From NCBI GenBank assembly GCA_016748015.1, contig JAAOMT010000369.1, positions 124,001 to 188,000 of the forward strand: a stretch of DNA of 64,000 nucleotides. The letters run 5' to 3'. Every line of letters begins with the position of its first letter. The stretch's first letter is position 1. Positions 49,409-63,039 of the stretch are shown here, one piece after another. The position numbers and the translations under genes were made by a program. Origin of the DNA: Geosiphon pyriformis uo1 (Eukaryota > Fungi > Glomeromycota). The notes beneath the pieces were generated by a model. It made no database searches. It saw only the letters and a list, made by a program, of their open reading frames with translations, and was not told the DNA's origin.

Positions 49409-51364
49409 TGAGATGGAAAAGGAGCTGACAAATCCAAACCAGAACACAAAGAATTCAATCTTGTTAAAACCAAACCAACCGATACCTTCAGAGCCATTAT
49501 TTTTGATTCCAAACTATCTACCTTAGTGGTAAGAACCTTTGAGCTGCTCAAGCTTAGTTTAGAGATGGTATTTCCAACCACTAGAGAAAAAAGTGGAGAG
49601 GGCGAAGGCACTACCACACTATCCACAGCCATATCCGAAATCAAAGCTGAGCCCATAAGAGAATCAACAACAGAGAGAATGATACAAGAAGAAGAAAAAA
49701 TTGGCACCAATTTTACAAAGCTTAATTTCCTCAGAATTTCAGAGACTTGATCTAATAAAATCTCCATGACATGCTTCAAAGAAGCCATGCAGTCAGTCAA
49801 ACCAGAATTATCAAGAGAGTCAGAAGCCACCACCAAAGGCTTTGCACTCAAAGTTGAACCAGCACCAGAAGGAACTGATGAAAACACATGAGAAGATAAG
49901 TCACTAGCAACTTGCACCCAAGTTTTTCCACCAAAAGATACCAGACAGACAACTGGAGCCTGTTTTCTCTTATAAATATTAGCCAAACAGATCTGATCTT
50001 GAGAAGATACCACCTGTCTATGATGAACTCCAGAATTCTCACCAACCAAACACATATTAGAAATATGACCAAAACACTCACACTTGGCACAATAAGCCAA
50101 AGAAAGACCAGCCCAATGTAAATTCACACCTTTATAAACAGGAATAGAACCAATAACAGCCAATTTGAATGCCTTATTAGCAAAACACACAATCACACAT
50201 CTATTATACATGTAAGAACTAGGATTACAGCCAATAAAACAAGTTTTCCCACCATAAAAGTTTACCAAATCTGACAAATCATGAGCAGTGGTGCCAATTG
50301 GAATTGTGTACAACAAAGTCCAATGATGATCTCTAGCCATTCACAAATTCTTGTCATTTAATGCCAATACTACACAAACAGAATCTTTACCCATGAGAAC
50401 TGACTATTTGGAAGCAACCAAGCTAGCCACATTTGATGACTCAAATTTCACTAAAGCTTTTTGCCAAAGTCCAATCAGTTGCATCCTAATCGAGATCACA
50501 TGACCAAACTTAGAAAAAACTGACTCAATTACCAATCTGAGAAGATCCACTGGGATTTTCTTGACTATTACTTCCCAATCTGAATGGATGTTTGGCTTCT
50601 TAACATCAATATTTACCAGAATTTTTTCACTGACTGCCAATTCCTTGGCCTTAATTAAACTCAACTTGAAAGTAAAAGAAGATCTAATGATGCCTGAAAA
50701 CTTTGAAGGAGCAGACACATCCCAAAACCGTCAACTCAATAGAAAATCTTTTTCACAGCAATTAACTTGTCATCAATAGTTTTGCCAGACAAGGCAGAAG
50801 TTCTAATATCCAATGCAAAAGACTTAACAGGATTAAAAATGTGTTTTTCCGATGCACGTGACCCGATAGAGTGTAATTTTTTGGAACCTGCAAACTTAGG
50901 AGACGGAAGAGCCACCATATTATCATCATCACTCAAAACATCAAATGAAGGAGTCTTTGGGGGTTTATCTAACATGTATGTGCAAGTGTGTGTTTTCTTG
51001 AAAGTTGTGTTATCCTTCATGTTATTGACCACAGAAGCATTTGAGTCAGCATAACTAATTTCCTTAGTGACAGTATTTTTCAGGTTTTCTAAGTCTGATA
51101 GACTGCTTATACTACTTACTTCACTTTCCATTTCACTGTCCCAAGATCTTGAAAACTTATCATTAGCATTACCAATATCGGTTAGGCCTAGTGAGCCAGC
51201 AGACAAATCTACCACTCCGACATTGACTTTGGGATTTCTAGGCTTCTTGTAAGACGCACTATGAGAGTACACACTATTAATTCTTTTTTTTTTGCATCAG
51301 GCTGGGTCCTCATATCAACAGAAGTAGAACCAAAGCCATCAGCAACAAGACTTGCTGGTTCCAT
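49405..51364 (-). pseudogene. LINE3 ORF1
   Basis: RRM IPVDL..SKFGHV..WQKALVKF; CAKCECFGHISNMC; TGA overlaps the ORF2 ATG. Confidence 0.88.
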
Positions 51365-54300
51365 GTCCACAAACAAAGGTACATCTGAAAAAATAGTTGA
51401 AAATATATAAAGGGAAAAGGGAGTAAGAAAAAACTTTTCCTTCAGTAACAACTTGCTTTTATTGTGACCGGGGGATCAACAAGAGAAAGTTTTTTATGTT
51501 TATTTTTATAATTATTACTTTATTATTATACAAACTTCCAAAAAATCTGATAAAATACAAACACATTTTAATCTTAATTAACAGTTATATAAATGATATC
51601 ATCTAATAAAATTATAAGCTTTTTACATATTCTAAAAAACTAATTATAATTTTTTGCTTTCTTTTAAAGCATTTTCAATTATTAAACCAATAACAAAAAT
51701 AAGTATTTATGTTAATATGTTTTTTAAAACTAAGAAATTACTACTATACAAAATATTAAATCTATTACAAACAGAATTTTCTATACTGTTTTAATTAAAG
51801 TTATTAGTTTGGTATTATTTAAAGTTTTTTTTTAATCATATAGTTTTAGAATTATAAAAACTCAGGTTTTTTTTACTGTACAAAAACTTTATTTAATATT
51901 AAGCACAAATTAATAATGTTTAATAAGCAATCTAAAATTTAAGTATCATCATGCTTTCAAAACTTATTAAAAATACCAAATAAGCCAGCAGTTTTTTTAT
52001 CAAACCACTCCTTAATAATATATAATAGCTTATTAAATATAATTTTATTTATTATCTCTAAAAACACTTTATTATTAATATAGTTTGAAAAAACATATTG
52101 ATGATTTTATTAGTCAGATAGCATATTGAGCACTAAGTATTTTCTTGTTTATTTTTCTATAATTGTGTTAATTTTAGATTTAATTTTATCTGGTTTTAAA
52201 ATCAGTTTTTTATCTATTACTAAATGGTCAAATACTATTTTGTGAAATAATCATTTCAAGATATTTTTGATTATATATCCTTTATTAGAACAAAAATTTT
52301 CTATTTACTTATCAATTGTTTTTTTAATAAAAACATCTCTAACAGTCTTTGATTTATAATACTTGAACTTTTTATATTTTTTTTTAATCTTTAACAAATG
52401 ATTGATAATATTAACTAACTCTTTATTATCATTAATTATGATACAAACTCTAAATGCTTTATTATTATTAATAGTAAATTATATTCTAATAAGACAATTG
52501 GCTTTTAAAATATTATCTAAGTTTAAATTTTTCATAATTTTAATTATTAAAAATTTTAATTTAAAAAACCTAAATAATTGTTTATTTCTTAAAGAACTGA
52601 ACTTATTAAACTAATATTTAAAAAACATTTAATTAACAAAATTTACTACTATTTTTCTTAATATCTTTTATATTACATTTAAATTACCATAATTTTTGTA
52701 TTATCAAAATTATATTACTATCAAAAATTTAACTAATAACTATTTTCTAAAATATAACTACTTAATTTTATTAGCATATTTAATTTTAAACTTCCAATAA
52801 TTTCTATTAACTTGTTTACAGATATTATTAAAATAAATATTTAAAAAACCACCCAAACCAATCAAAACCAAAACCACTTTGTAATTAGTGTTAAAAAAAT
52901 CAAACACAGAATTGATTCTATAACCTACAATCACAAATATTAAGCTTATACTTACAAAAATATAACTTAAAATCTTTTTAACATTTCTAAAATTGCTTTA
53001 AATAGAAGTTTTAATCAAAAAATATTTATTAAATATATTAATCAACTTTAAATTCAAACAGAACTTGTAACTTGTATTCTTTTTAATTTTAGTTTTATTG
53101 AAATTCTTACTCAAGATCACAAAAAAGCTAAAGTTAACTGTTTTGGCAATAAAAAAATTGATTTTTAGAGTCTGACCAAATTTAGTCTTAGCAAAAGTAC
53201 CAGTATACAAACCAAAAATCATAATTAAAAGCTTGTTTTTAAACAAAAAACAAACTGAAATAATATGGCTTAAGATCTTTTTTATTTTTAAAACATAACA
53301 AGCCAATAAACTATATATAATAATAATAATATTAATATCATAAAAACTTTTATTTAGACCAAATATAAAAATATAAACTCTATTTAACTTATTTATAATT
53401 TATAACTAATACTAGATTTTAATTTTGTTTCTGTAATAATAAATATTATGTTATTTAAATTAATATATTAATTTACTAATTTGTTTTGCAAAATCAGTAA
53501 AACTGCATTTTAAAACTGCAAATCTATTATTAATATCTAATATAACTAGTAAACAAAACTTTATTTCAAAAAAAAAGCCAATTTCAATAAATTATTTTAT
53601 ACAGAAAAAGACAAAAATAAAGAATTACTAATAATTTCTGTTCAAAAAATGTTTCTAAAAGACATTAGACAAGTAATATGAATAGAATATTTGATATAAA
53701 TAGTTACTAATCTGCTTTTATTTGTATTTAAAAAAACTTTATAAAAAGAGCTGTCTATAAAAATTTTTTTACTTTTAATACAGTTAATTAATATATGTCT
53801 TATTTTTTTATATTTAGTACATATGATTAAATCTAAATAAAACCAATACAAATTGATGCTCTTTAATATTAATATGGTTTTTTTAATAATATCCAATAAA
53901 TTAGCAGAATTAAAACTTACTACAGCATATTTAACTTGAACATAAGTAATTAAATAACAATTTATTATGTTTTTTTATTAATTAATTTAATAAAATTTTA
54001 AATATTATAAGTGTTTGTTTTTACTAGCAATATATAGAACAGTGTTTTATTATAGTTTTTTGCATTTTATGTTTTCTTGTTTACATTAGTTCTAGCAATA
54101 TATATAGTATTTTTTTTTATTAAAATAAATTATTTTGCTGTAATTAAATAACATAATTTAATTAAACAAATTCTATTACAGTTTTCTGCTATAGCTTTAC
54201 TAATTGTATTTTAATTGATTTAATTATGTTAAATTCAGAAAATACAGTATACATATTTTAATAAATGTTCTAATTAGTATTTTTTTAATTATTACAGTTT

Positions 54301-55821
54301 AATCTAAGCACTTAGCCAATTTTTTAAAATTAGTGTTTACCAAAATTTTTGTATTTCTTGTCTTATTTAATGTTAATACTATACTTAATTTAAAAGTGAA
54401 CATTACTTTAATAATTTCAACAAATTTTAAGAAAGTAAATATTTTTCTAAAACTATTAATGCTTGAAAATAATTTTTTGATAATTTTAAGTTTTTTTTGG
54501 GCCAACTTTTTTTTAACTGCTTTCAAATTTAAATTTAAAGCAAATAATTTTTTGATTAAGACTTAAACCAAATTTTTAAAAAAAAAACAATATAATCTTA
54601 TTATTTGTGTTATTATTATTACTTTTGTTAAAAAATTTAATCTTTCTCAAAGACTTGTTAACTATCAACTTGGTAACTATTTTTTTGTTTTTAAAAGTTA
54701 TGTTAGTATTAACTATATTAATTTTATTTTTATTACTATAGCTTACACTAGTATCTTTGACCAAATAGTTCTTTTTTATGTTTATATTTTTTGATTTGAT
54801 TATATTATTTGTTATAACATTCATAAATTTACTTTAAAAAACAGCAAAACCAGAACTATTTTTATTATTATTTAGAATATTGTTCTTATGTTTTTTTTTT
54901 GAAAACAAATTTTTTTATTTAAGTTGATATTAATATTCTTAATAGCTTTTTTTATAATTACAATATTACTATTATTAATAATTTTGTTATTAAACATAAA
55001 TAGTTTAAAAATATTAAACTAAATAGTAAAAAATAAATAACAAAAAAAAAATATGATAAAAACAAAAAAACTTTTTCTTTAAAATACAGTTTTTTCAAAA
55101 ATTTAGAATAAATAAAAAAAAAAGTTTTTATATTATAATAAAATAGATAATATTAATATATTATTATTATTTAAAAAACTTAAAAAATAATGATAAAAAA
55201 ATTTTTTTAGTTACTTTTAAAAAAAAAATTTATTTTAGTTAATTTCTATAAATTTTATAATTAATAATTATTTTAAAAATTTAAAATTTTCTTTAATAAT
55301 AAAAAAATAAAAAATAAAAATATTATAAACTGTTAATTAATACAACTAATAAATTTGTAATAAAAATAATAAATATTATAAAAAATAAATAAAACAATAA
55401 TACATAATATTAAAATTAAGTATTTAATTAAATAAAAAAATATTTATTTCTAATATTATTAATTATGTATTATATATTAAAAGTATAAAAAAATTGGAAT
55501 TTTTATTTTGTAATTAATTAATAATTAATATATAGTTAAAAAATAAAAATAAATAAAAAAATAGGTTTAAAATAATTTAAAAAATACAAAAAAATTCTAA
55601 TTGATTTTTAATCTAAAATATTTCTTAATAATATTATTAATACAAAAAATTAATATAATTAATATAAAAAATACCAAAATATTAAATATAAAAACTTCTT
55701 TCTTTTCTTTGTCCCAAATTCCTAAAAAAGAGTCACAAGTTTTTTGAAAGAAGTTTTTACAATTCAATACAATAAATTAAAACCATTTCTGCTCAACTAC
55801 AAGACCATTGTTGATCCCAGT

Positions 55822-57632
55822 ATGGCTGCAATGAAGAAGTCTGTTAAGGGCTTTAGTGTGGATACTGTTAGCAAAGATGTTGTCTTTAGGAAGAAAAGAA
55901 AAGAGGGTGTTCTAAAAAACAGTATTGTTCATAAAATGGTTTTACTTGATAAACCAGTTGGTAGTTCTTGGGGGTCTGAAACTGGTGACACCACTGAATC
56001 AGACAGTATAGATATGGAGAGGAAATTCTTGGTTAAGGAAACTAATATGGATTATGGAGAAAGAGATGTTCTTGAAGGGATAGACAGTAACCAAATGCCA
56101 AAGGATCCGAGATTGGTTACCAAGCAGGCTTTGAGTAAGCCTTTGGACAAGATCAACTTTCTGGGTGACAATAATGATAATGACATTCTCCTGGATAAAC
56201 TTGTAGTACTTTCCCCTCCTCTCAAAAAGCTGGTCAATGTGTTTGCTAAGAAGTCTTTTACTTTGGATATTGATTTGATCAATGTTTCTGGAAAATCTGC
56301 TCAGGACAAGCTGGCTGTGGTCAGGAAATTATTTTCAAAAATCAATGGTTTTGGGGGGCCTCTACCCTCTTAAAATTTTTTGGGATCATCCAGACAATGT
56401 TCACTTCCGAATCAAGTTTGATGAAAGCTACTGAGTTGGCTACTGATGTGAAGATCCTGGTAAACACCAATCTTAAAAAATTGTCTAAACATTCAGATCA
56501 GGCTGTGGTGTTAAAAAAGATTCCAATTGAGACATCAACTGAGACTGTACATGTTGCGCTATCCAAGTTTGGTTTAATTAAGTCAATCAAGATACAATTG
56601 ATGGGGCTGTGGCAAAAAGCTGTGGTCAAATTTGAACAGATTGATCATGCTGATTTGGTCGTAGCAAAATGGTCTATCCTAGTTGGAAAAAATGCAGTGC
56701 GTGTTGCCAGATCAGATTTGGACAAAGAAACTTGGAATGTGAGAGACTGTTATAGGACTTTGCTCTACATTTTACCAATGAGCATAAATGCTCATGACAT
56801 TTGGGACTTTGTTTGCTTTGTGAGTGAGAAAACATGTGTAATTGATTATCACCCAGTTACTTATACTCAGACCAGATGTGCCACTGTCTGTTTTGACTTG
56901 GCTGAATTGTTGAATGCCGTCATGGGAACCATGCCTGTGCTAAAAAGTGCTCATTTCCGCTGGTCTTATCTTGGTTCTGTTGTATGTGCAAAGTGTGGGA
57001 AATTTGGTCATTCTTCTCTAGACTGTGTTTTAGGTGGAAAATCTTCTTCTGGTGGCTTGCCACGCTGGGTTTTTTCAGTTACAGATAAAAGCAGGCTGGC
57101 AGCCATTTATGCCAAGCATTCAGCACCTATTGCTTGTTCTGTCTCTTTTGGCAGTGTCTCATGGGCCAAAATTGTTGGTAGATCCTTTTTTTCTCCTCTC
57201 CCTGTTCGGAATGTTTCATTGAATAATGGCTCCTCTTTGGAGATGAAGCCTACCCTTCCTGTTGTGAGAGATTTAGAAAAAAGGTTCGCTGTTTTGGAAA
57301 GCAGTATCACCAACTTTGCAGGATGAATAGGTGAGTTGGCTAAGAGGTTGGACTCATTCATGCCAACAGTTTTCCAGCCTAGCCCTGAATGTCAGCTGTT
57401 GGTGACTCCCCCCCCATTACAGGATCAGGTGGGTAATATAGTGATGAGAGAGGGCTCGGATAAGGCCACTGGTGGTAATATTGCTGCAATATCAGTTTCT
57501 TTTGCATCGTCTGAGGTGAAAAGGCTAGAGAGTATGTTGGAAGGACTTTCTGCTTCAGTTCTGAGTCTAATGGCAAGATTTGATGGTTTGATCCTGGCTA
57601 GTAGTGCGCTTCCTATATCCCTTTCTCAATAA
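55822..57632 (+). pseudogene. LINE4 ORF1
   Basis: RRM IPIET..SKFGLIKSI..WQKAVVKF; CAKCGKFGHSSLDC. Confidence 0.88.
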
Positions 57633-60600
57633 CAGATCTAGTGTGAAGGATTACAACATGTAATGTTCAGGGCATAAACAATTCTGCAAAACAGGATGAC
57701 ATTATTCGGTGGCATTCGGAAATAGGCAGTTTGATTTCAATTGTTACTGAAACTAAGTTGAAAGGCAGGATCTATTCTTAAATCATAAACAAGTTTAAGG
57801 GTGTCCAGATTTTCACTTCAGGTTTGGATAATGGTTATTTGGGTGTTGGTATGACAATTATTATGAACAATTCTTTGGCTTAGCATGTAAGTAAGATCTC
57901 GGAGGTTCCTGGCCAACTCTTCTCTATCAGATTGCTTTTCAAAAATAAACTTTTAGTGTTGATTTTGGGGCTTTACGCTGGCACTCCCTCATTGGTTCGG
58001 TTTTCTCAAGCTGGTGACATCAACTCTATGATAGCTAAAGCCATAAACAAAACTTCTTTTGTCATTCTTGGTGGTGATTTCAATAAGAACGGATCTCATA
58101 ATTGTGCCAGTTTTAAAAAATGCTTTGATTTAGGTTTGGTCAACTCTTTGGGTGGGAGCTCTTTTGTTAAGTTACTGACTTGGTGCAATTCTCATGGTGT
58201 CGCCAAGATGATTGATTACGTGTTTGTTTCCTCTAATTTGGTTAATGCTATTGTGGATCAAGGTGTAATGGGTGTTATTGATTTCTTTGATACTGATTAT
58301 AAGGCTGTTTCTGTTTCTGTGGATCTGAGTAGTTTGTTGGATGTGCAGCTTTTTTCTCTGCGCAAGCAGACTAACAAAGATTGTTGGAAGTTTGACATTA
58401 AAAATGTCAATGCTGCGAAATGGTTGGAGTTCAAAGATGCTTTAGCTGCTAATGCTTCCATGTTCTTGGATGCATTTGCTATGGCTGAAAGGTTTTCAGA
58501 TATGGATATAATGTGAAACATTGTTCGCAAAATTGTGGTTATTTTAGCTGATAGAACATTCAAAAAAAATGGTTTAAGAGTTTTGATAGTGTTTTTAATA
58601 AAGTGTTTTCTAAATTTCACAAGCTGGAACTGCTTGTTTCTAAGCTGGTGAAGTCTTCTCACTTGGTCTCTGGTGGAAATTTTGCTTTGCTGTTAGATAT
58701 GTGGGACAGGCTTGACTCAGTTGGTGCCTTGTCTGTGAAATATTTTTTCTTTTTAGATTCTAGTTTTGATATCATTTGCTCTGAGCTGGCTAAGGCAAGG
58801 AAGTCTTACCACTCTTCTAAGTTGCTAGAATTTAAGTGTGCTGGGGAAGCTCGTATTAGGCAGGCTATTGAGGGTAGGATGGAGAGTTTCGAAATAGACA
58901 AGGGGCATACTATTAGGAGTGTTTTGAAACGTCCTTTTCATAAAGTGGTACTAGATCATTTGGTTGTGGGTAATAAGTTGGTCTTGGAGCCTGAATTGGT
59001 TAAATCTAAGGTTGATGAAATTATGGAAGGCTGGACTAGGAAGCGCATAGTAGTGTTAGATATCTCCAACTGTTAGATTACATCTTTGATGGTGCATTCT
59101 CCGGTGTGATGTATTCAATTGGCTTTGATGAAATGTTTGATGTTGTTTTAAGTTTGCCTGATGGGAAGGTGGCTGGTCTCTCTGAAATCTCCAATGAACT
59201 GTGGAAACATTGTGACAGAAGGGTTCTGAATATGTTTTTGGTGCTTTTGAATTCTTGTTTGGAATGAGAGTCTGTGCCTGGGCCCTGGAGGGAGGCTTGG
59301 GTCTCCATAATTCCTAAACCATATGAATGGGAGGGCGTTCTTACAAACACTCATCCTATTGCCTTGATTGAAACGGCTCACAAGATTTTTTTCAAGATTC
59401 TTTCAGACAGGATTTTTTTGGCTTGCAGCAAATTTGATGTTTTCCATGGGGACAATTTTTCTGTTTTGAAGGGCATGATGACACAGTTGCCTATTTTTGC
59501 CATTGGATCTGTGATGAAGGATGTCTTGGAGAAGAACCAGGAGCTGTGGCTGGTGTTGCAAGATATGTATAAGGCTTATGATTTTGTTGGTTGGAAGCAT
59601 CTTGAAAAGAGCCTGGTCAGGATCAAAATGTATAACCAGTTTATTAGGTTTTTTGGCAGCATCTACAATGGTTGCACTAACAAAGTAATAACAGACTTTG
59701 GCCTAACTGATGGCTACCATGTCCACGATGGCTTGGATCAGAGTGAAGTTTTCTCACTGTTTTTTTGGCAGATATTTTATGATTCACTTTTGTGCAAGGT
59801 TAAAAGACAAAAAAGCTTGTGTGGTTATAGACTGATTTCTCATTTTATTTCCAAAACTGGTCATGTAGAATCTCAGGCTGGATTGACATTATTTTTGGCT
59901 GCTGGTGCTTTCATTGATAACACAATTTGGGTTGGCAGCAGCCAGGCTGCGATGCAATACATTCTCAATGTTGCTAGTAAATTTTTTAGATTCAATGACA
60001 TTTCTATTAACAATGACAAGACTGTTGCTATTCCTATTAACTGTCAGGTTGTGAACTCTTATCTGACTGTCAGTGGCTTGCCTATTTCCATTGTGAAAAA
60101 GGGGGAATCTCATTGGTACCTAGGAATTTTTTTGTTTTCTGAGGGCCTTTCGAAGCCTAGTTTGGCTAAGGCTCACTTGGACATTCAGTTTTTTGTCAAT
60201 CTTGTCCTAAGGAAAGCAATTTCAGATAAACAGTTTGCGTACTTGGTTTCTACAGTTTTTTTTTTATCATCAGCTACAAGACTCAATTCAGCTTTGTTTC
60301 TATTAGTGTGTGTGCCAAATAGGACTCTATGGTTTGTAAATGCTTAAAGTCTAAGTCTGGGCTTCCGCTTGATTTTTCCAATAACGCAGTTTATCATTTT
60401 TCTTTATACAGTTTAAAGACTTTTGAGCAGACTCAAGCTGAGAGTAAATCAGCATTCATTATAGCTTTTGCTAATTCAGTTGGCACTTTGGGCCATTTGT
60501 TCTCCTACAGGTCTCATGACCTTTAGGCTCTCAGCTGACATCCTTGTTACTCTTTGTTATTTCCGGCTCACATTAATGTTAATCCTTCGAATAACTTTTT

Positions 60601-62294
60601 GGCTGGCATGGTTTGTATTTTTTCTGGATGATTTGTCTTTGGACGCCTTTTTTGCTAGTGTCTTTTGCCTTTATGATAGTACTCCTATGTCTCTTGTCCT
60701 TGGTAAAAAAATTTTTTTCAAATGTGTTTCATCGCTCAAGCATTATGGTATTGCTTTTGTGGATCAACTTTGTGACCAGAATGGTGTTATTTATGATTAG
60801 AAGTCCTTCAAGTGCTGGAAGAGGCTGGACCCCCGTGGCCTGGTTCTCTTCTGGTTTGATCTCTCTGTTCAGTTTCTCAATGGTGCTGCTCCTTCATCTG
60901 CTTGCTCTTCCTCTGTGAATGGTTGTGCTGCTTCTGATATTTGTTTGTCTTATAATTTTGGTATTGTTTGTGATGATCTGTTGGCCACTAATGTTGCTGC
61001 TCATTTTTCTGTATATATGGATGGATCTCTGAGTGGTTTGGGTACTGTTGATATGAAGGCTGGTGCTGCTGTGTTCTTTGAAGACATTAATTCAGGTTTG
61101 GGAATAGAAGTGTTTGGCTTGGTATCTTTTACGCTGATGGAGTTGCAGGCTATTGTTCTGGCTCTTGAATGTGTTCTTTCTTTTTGTTCAGTTGACTTGT
61201 TCTCAGACAGCCAAGCTGCTTTGGATGCATACAAAGCTGAATTTTTGTTGGCTCATTTAGACTTCAGAAATCAGTGTTGGATCAAATGACGCCATATTGC
61301 TAACATTGTTTGTAAAAAAAATTTAGATGTAAATTGGGTCAAGATTAAGGGTCACTTGGGCATCTTGGGCAATAAACAGGCTGATGCGTTCACTAAAATA
61401 GCTGCTTCTTCTTCTTGGCAGCTACCCCATGTGGTCAGTGAATGTTTTTTGAGGGCTAGTGGCTCTGCAGTTTCTGGTAATTCATGATATTTTGTTCATG
61501 ACATTTTCTGTTCAGTTCACCATGCACATTGAAAGGTTGGTTCTGGTTCTAGAGTCATGGTAGATAGGCTGTATGCTGACATTAACTGGTCCAAATCTTC
61601 TTTGGTGTGGTATTCAGACTTCCACCTAGCTACTGGTTTTACTAGTGCTCGGACTGCTGGTTTTTGGATGTATTTTATGAAGGCTTTGCACCATTGCCTT
61701 CCAGTGGCTGTATATAAGCGTGTTTATAATAGGTGTTACCCCAGTGTTACGTGTTTGTTCTGTGGGGATGTTGAGGTCTCAGACCATGTTTTTTTCTGTT
61801 CATCTGATGCTGCTGGTCATGCTCATCTGGTGGATGTTCATGCTTCTATTTGGGAATTGTGCTTGGGTTTATCTCAGTCTTTCTCTTGTGTTTTACAGTT
61901 GCTGTCTACTCACTTCTTTAATGTTATTGTTGGTACAGCTCTGTATAAGGGCTTTGTTTTTTGTGAATGGTATTATGAGTCTGTTTTCATCTTCAAGGAT
62001 CCTAAGGTTGCAGTCCAGAATATTGTGGCCTTTGTGCATGATTTCTGTCTTGCATTCCGGAATGATATCTGACTAGTGTGAACTAAATACCGAGCTTTTA
62101 TGGAGAAGGGTGGGTTGATTCTGTGTGATGGTTTTGTTCTTGTAACTGTATCTGGTCTTTTCTCTGTGCTTTCGGCTGGTGTTGTTAGGTTGCTAGGCAT
62201 TGCTGATGCTTTTGGTGTTGGTTTTGGGTATTATAGATGTTGTTTGTTCTTTTCGGATATTAAAGATGAGGCTTCTGTTTATATAGGAGTGTAG
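57629..62294 (+). pseudogene. LINE4 ORF2 (APE, RT, RNase H, Cys finger)
   Basis: GGDFN, IDYVF; PIALIET, LQDMYKAYD, GLDQSEVF, FIDNT; VYMDGSL, FSDSQAA; CLFCGDVEVSDHVFFC. Confidence 0.94.
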
Positions 62295-62629
62295 TGTCAT
62301 TCTGATTAGCTCAAGTGGCTAGTTATGTGTAGAAAATGCATAATTCGCATCTAGTTTAGATCATATATTGATGTATTGTACTAGTTTGCATTTGGACTTT
62401 ACTCAATAAACGTGATTAAAAAAAATATATATATTAAATAATATTAAAAAAAATATTATAATTTTTTTTTATATTCTTAAATTTTTGTTTTGTTAATTTT
62501 TTTATTATTAATACAATTTAACGAGCAAAATTCAACTGTTACTTAGTATACTTAAAATATTTATTATTTAAATTTATTTAAAATACATAAATTTTAGCTT
62601 AAATTATTTAAATTGTTTAAACCAAAAAC

Positions 62630-62630
<1 letters not shown>

Positions 62631-62663
<33 letters not shown>
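62631..62663. repeat. (TTA)11 microsatellite, possibly the tail of a minus-strand LINE relic
   Basis: Direct reading; the adjacent 62670-62760 resembles the AT-eroded family 3' UTR. Confidence 0.6.
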
Positions 62664-62665
<2 letters not shown>

Positions 62666-63039
62666 TAATACAATATATTATATTAAATAATCTAAATTAA
62701 ATATAATTTACATGTTTTTTACATATAATTAAACATAAATTTAATTTAAATTATATATTAAGTTTATAAAAAAAAATTATTTTAAAAAAACATTTTATAC
62801 ATAATTATAATTAAAAAATTATTATTTATAATAATATTACCTAATTATTTAATAGTTTTATCTGTATTTAACTTAATATTAACTAATTAATATTTTTAAA
62901 AAGCCAATAACTAAGTATTAATATCTTTATTAAAAATATTATTAAAATTTTTTATATAATTAGTTGTAATATTATATTTAATTTTAATTATTTTTATATT
63001 AATTTTATTTAAAACTTACCAAATTGAAATTAAATTAAA

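Larger units (their letters stand above)
44607..51516 (-). mobile_element. LINE3: full-length LINE inserted in the RT of LINE5
   Basis: 13-bp TSD ACTTTATTATTAT (44594-44606 / 51517-51529); A-rich tail; complete ORF1 and ORF2. Confidence 0.93.
42230..55135 (-). mobile_element. LINE5: heavily AT-eroded relic, interrupted by LINE3
   Basis: Collinear residual peptides: RNase H (43137-43382), RT on both sides of LINE3 (..FIRFFGSLYNNKV | N*VIINFG..), APE (52998-53306), ORF1 (53642-54824). Confidence 0.78.
55689..62430 (+). mobile_element. LINE4: full-length LINE
   Basis: Complete ORF1 and ORF2, 5' hairpin, A tail; candidate 10-bp TSD ATATTAAATA (55679-55688 / 62431-62440; low complexity). Confidence 0.92.

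Noticed and set aside
62300-62345. tRNA gene or box-A-like TAGCTCAAGTGGCTAG
   Set aside because: No T-arm GTTCRA or cloverleaf; it is a hairpin of the LINE 3' UTR
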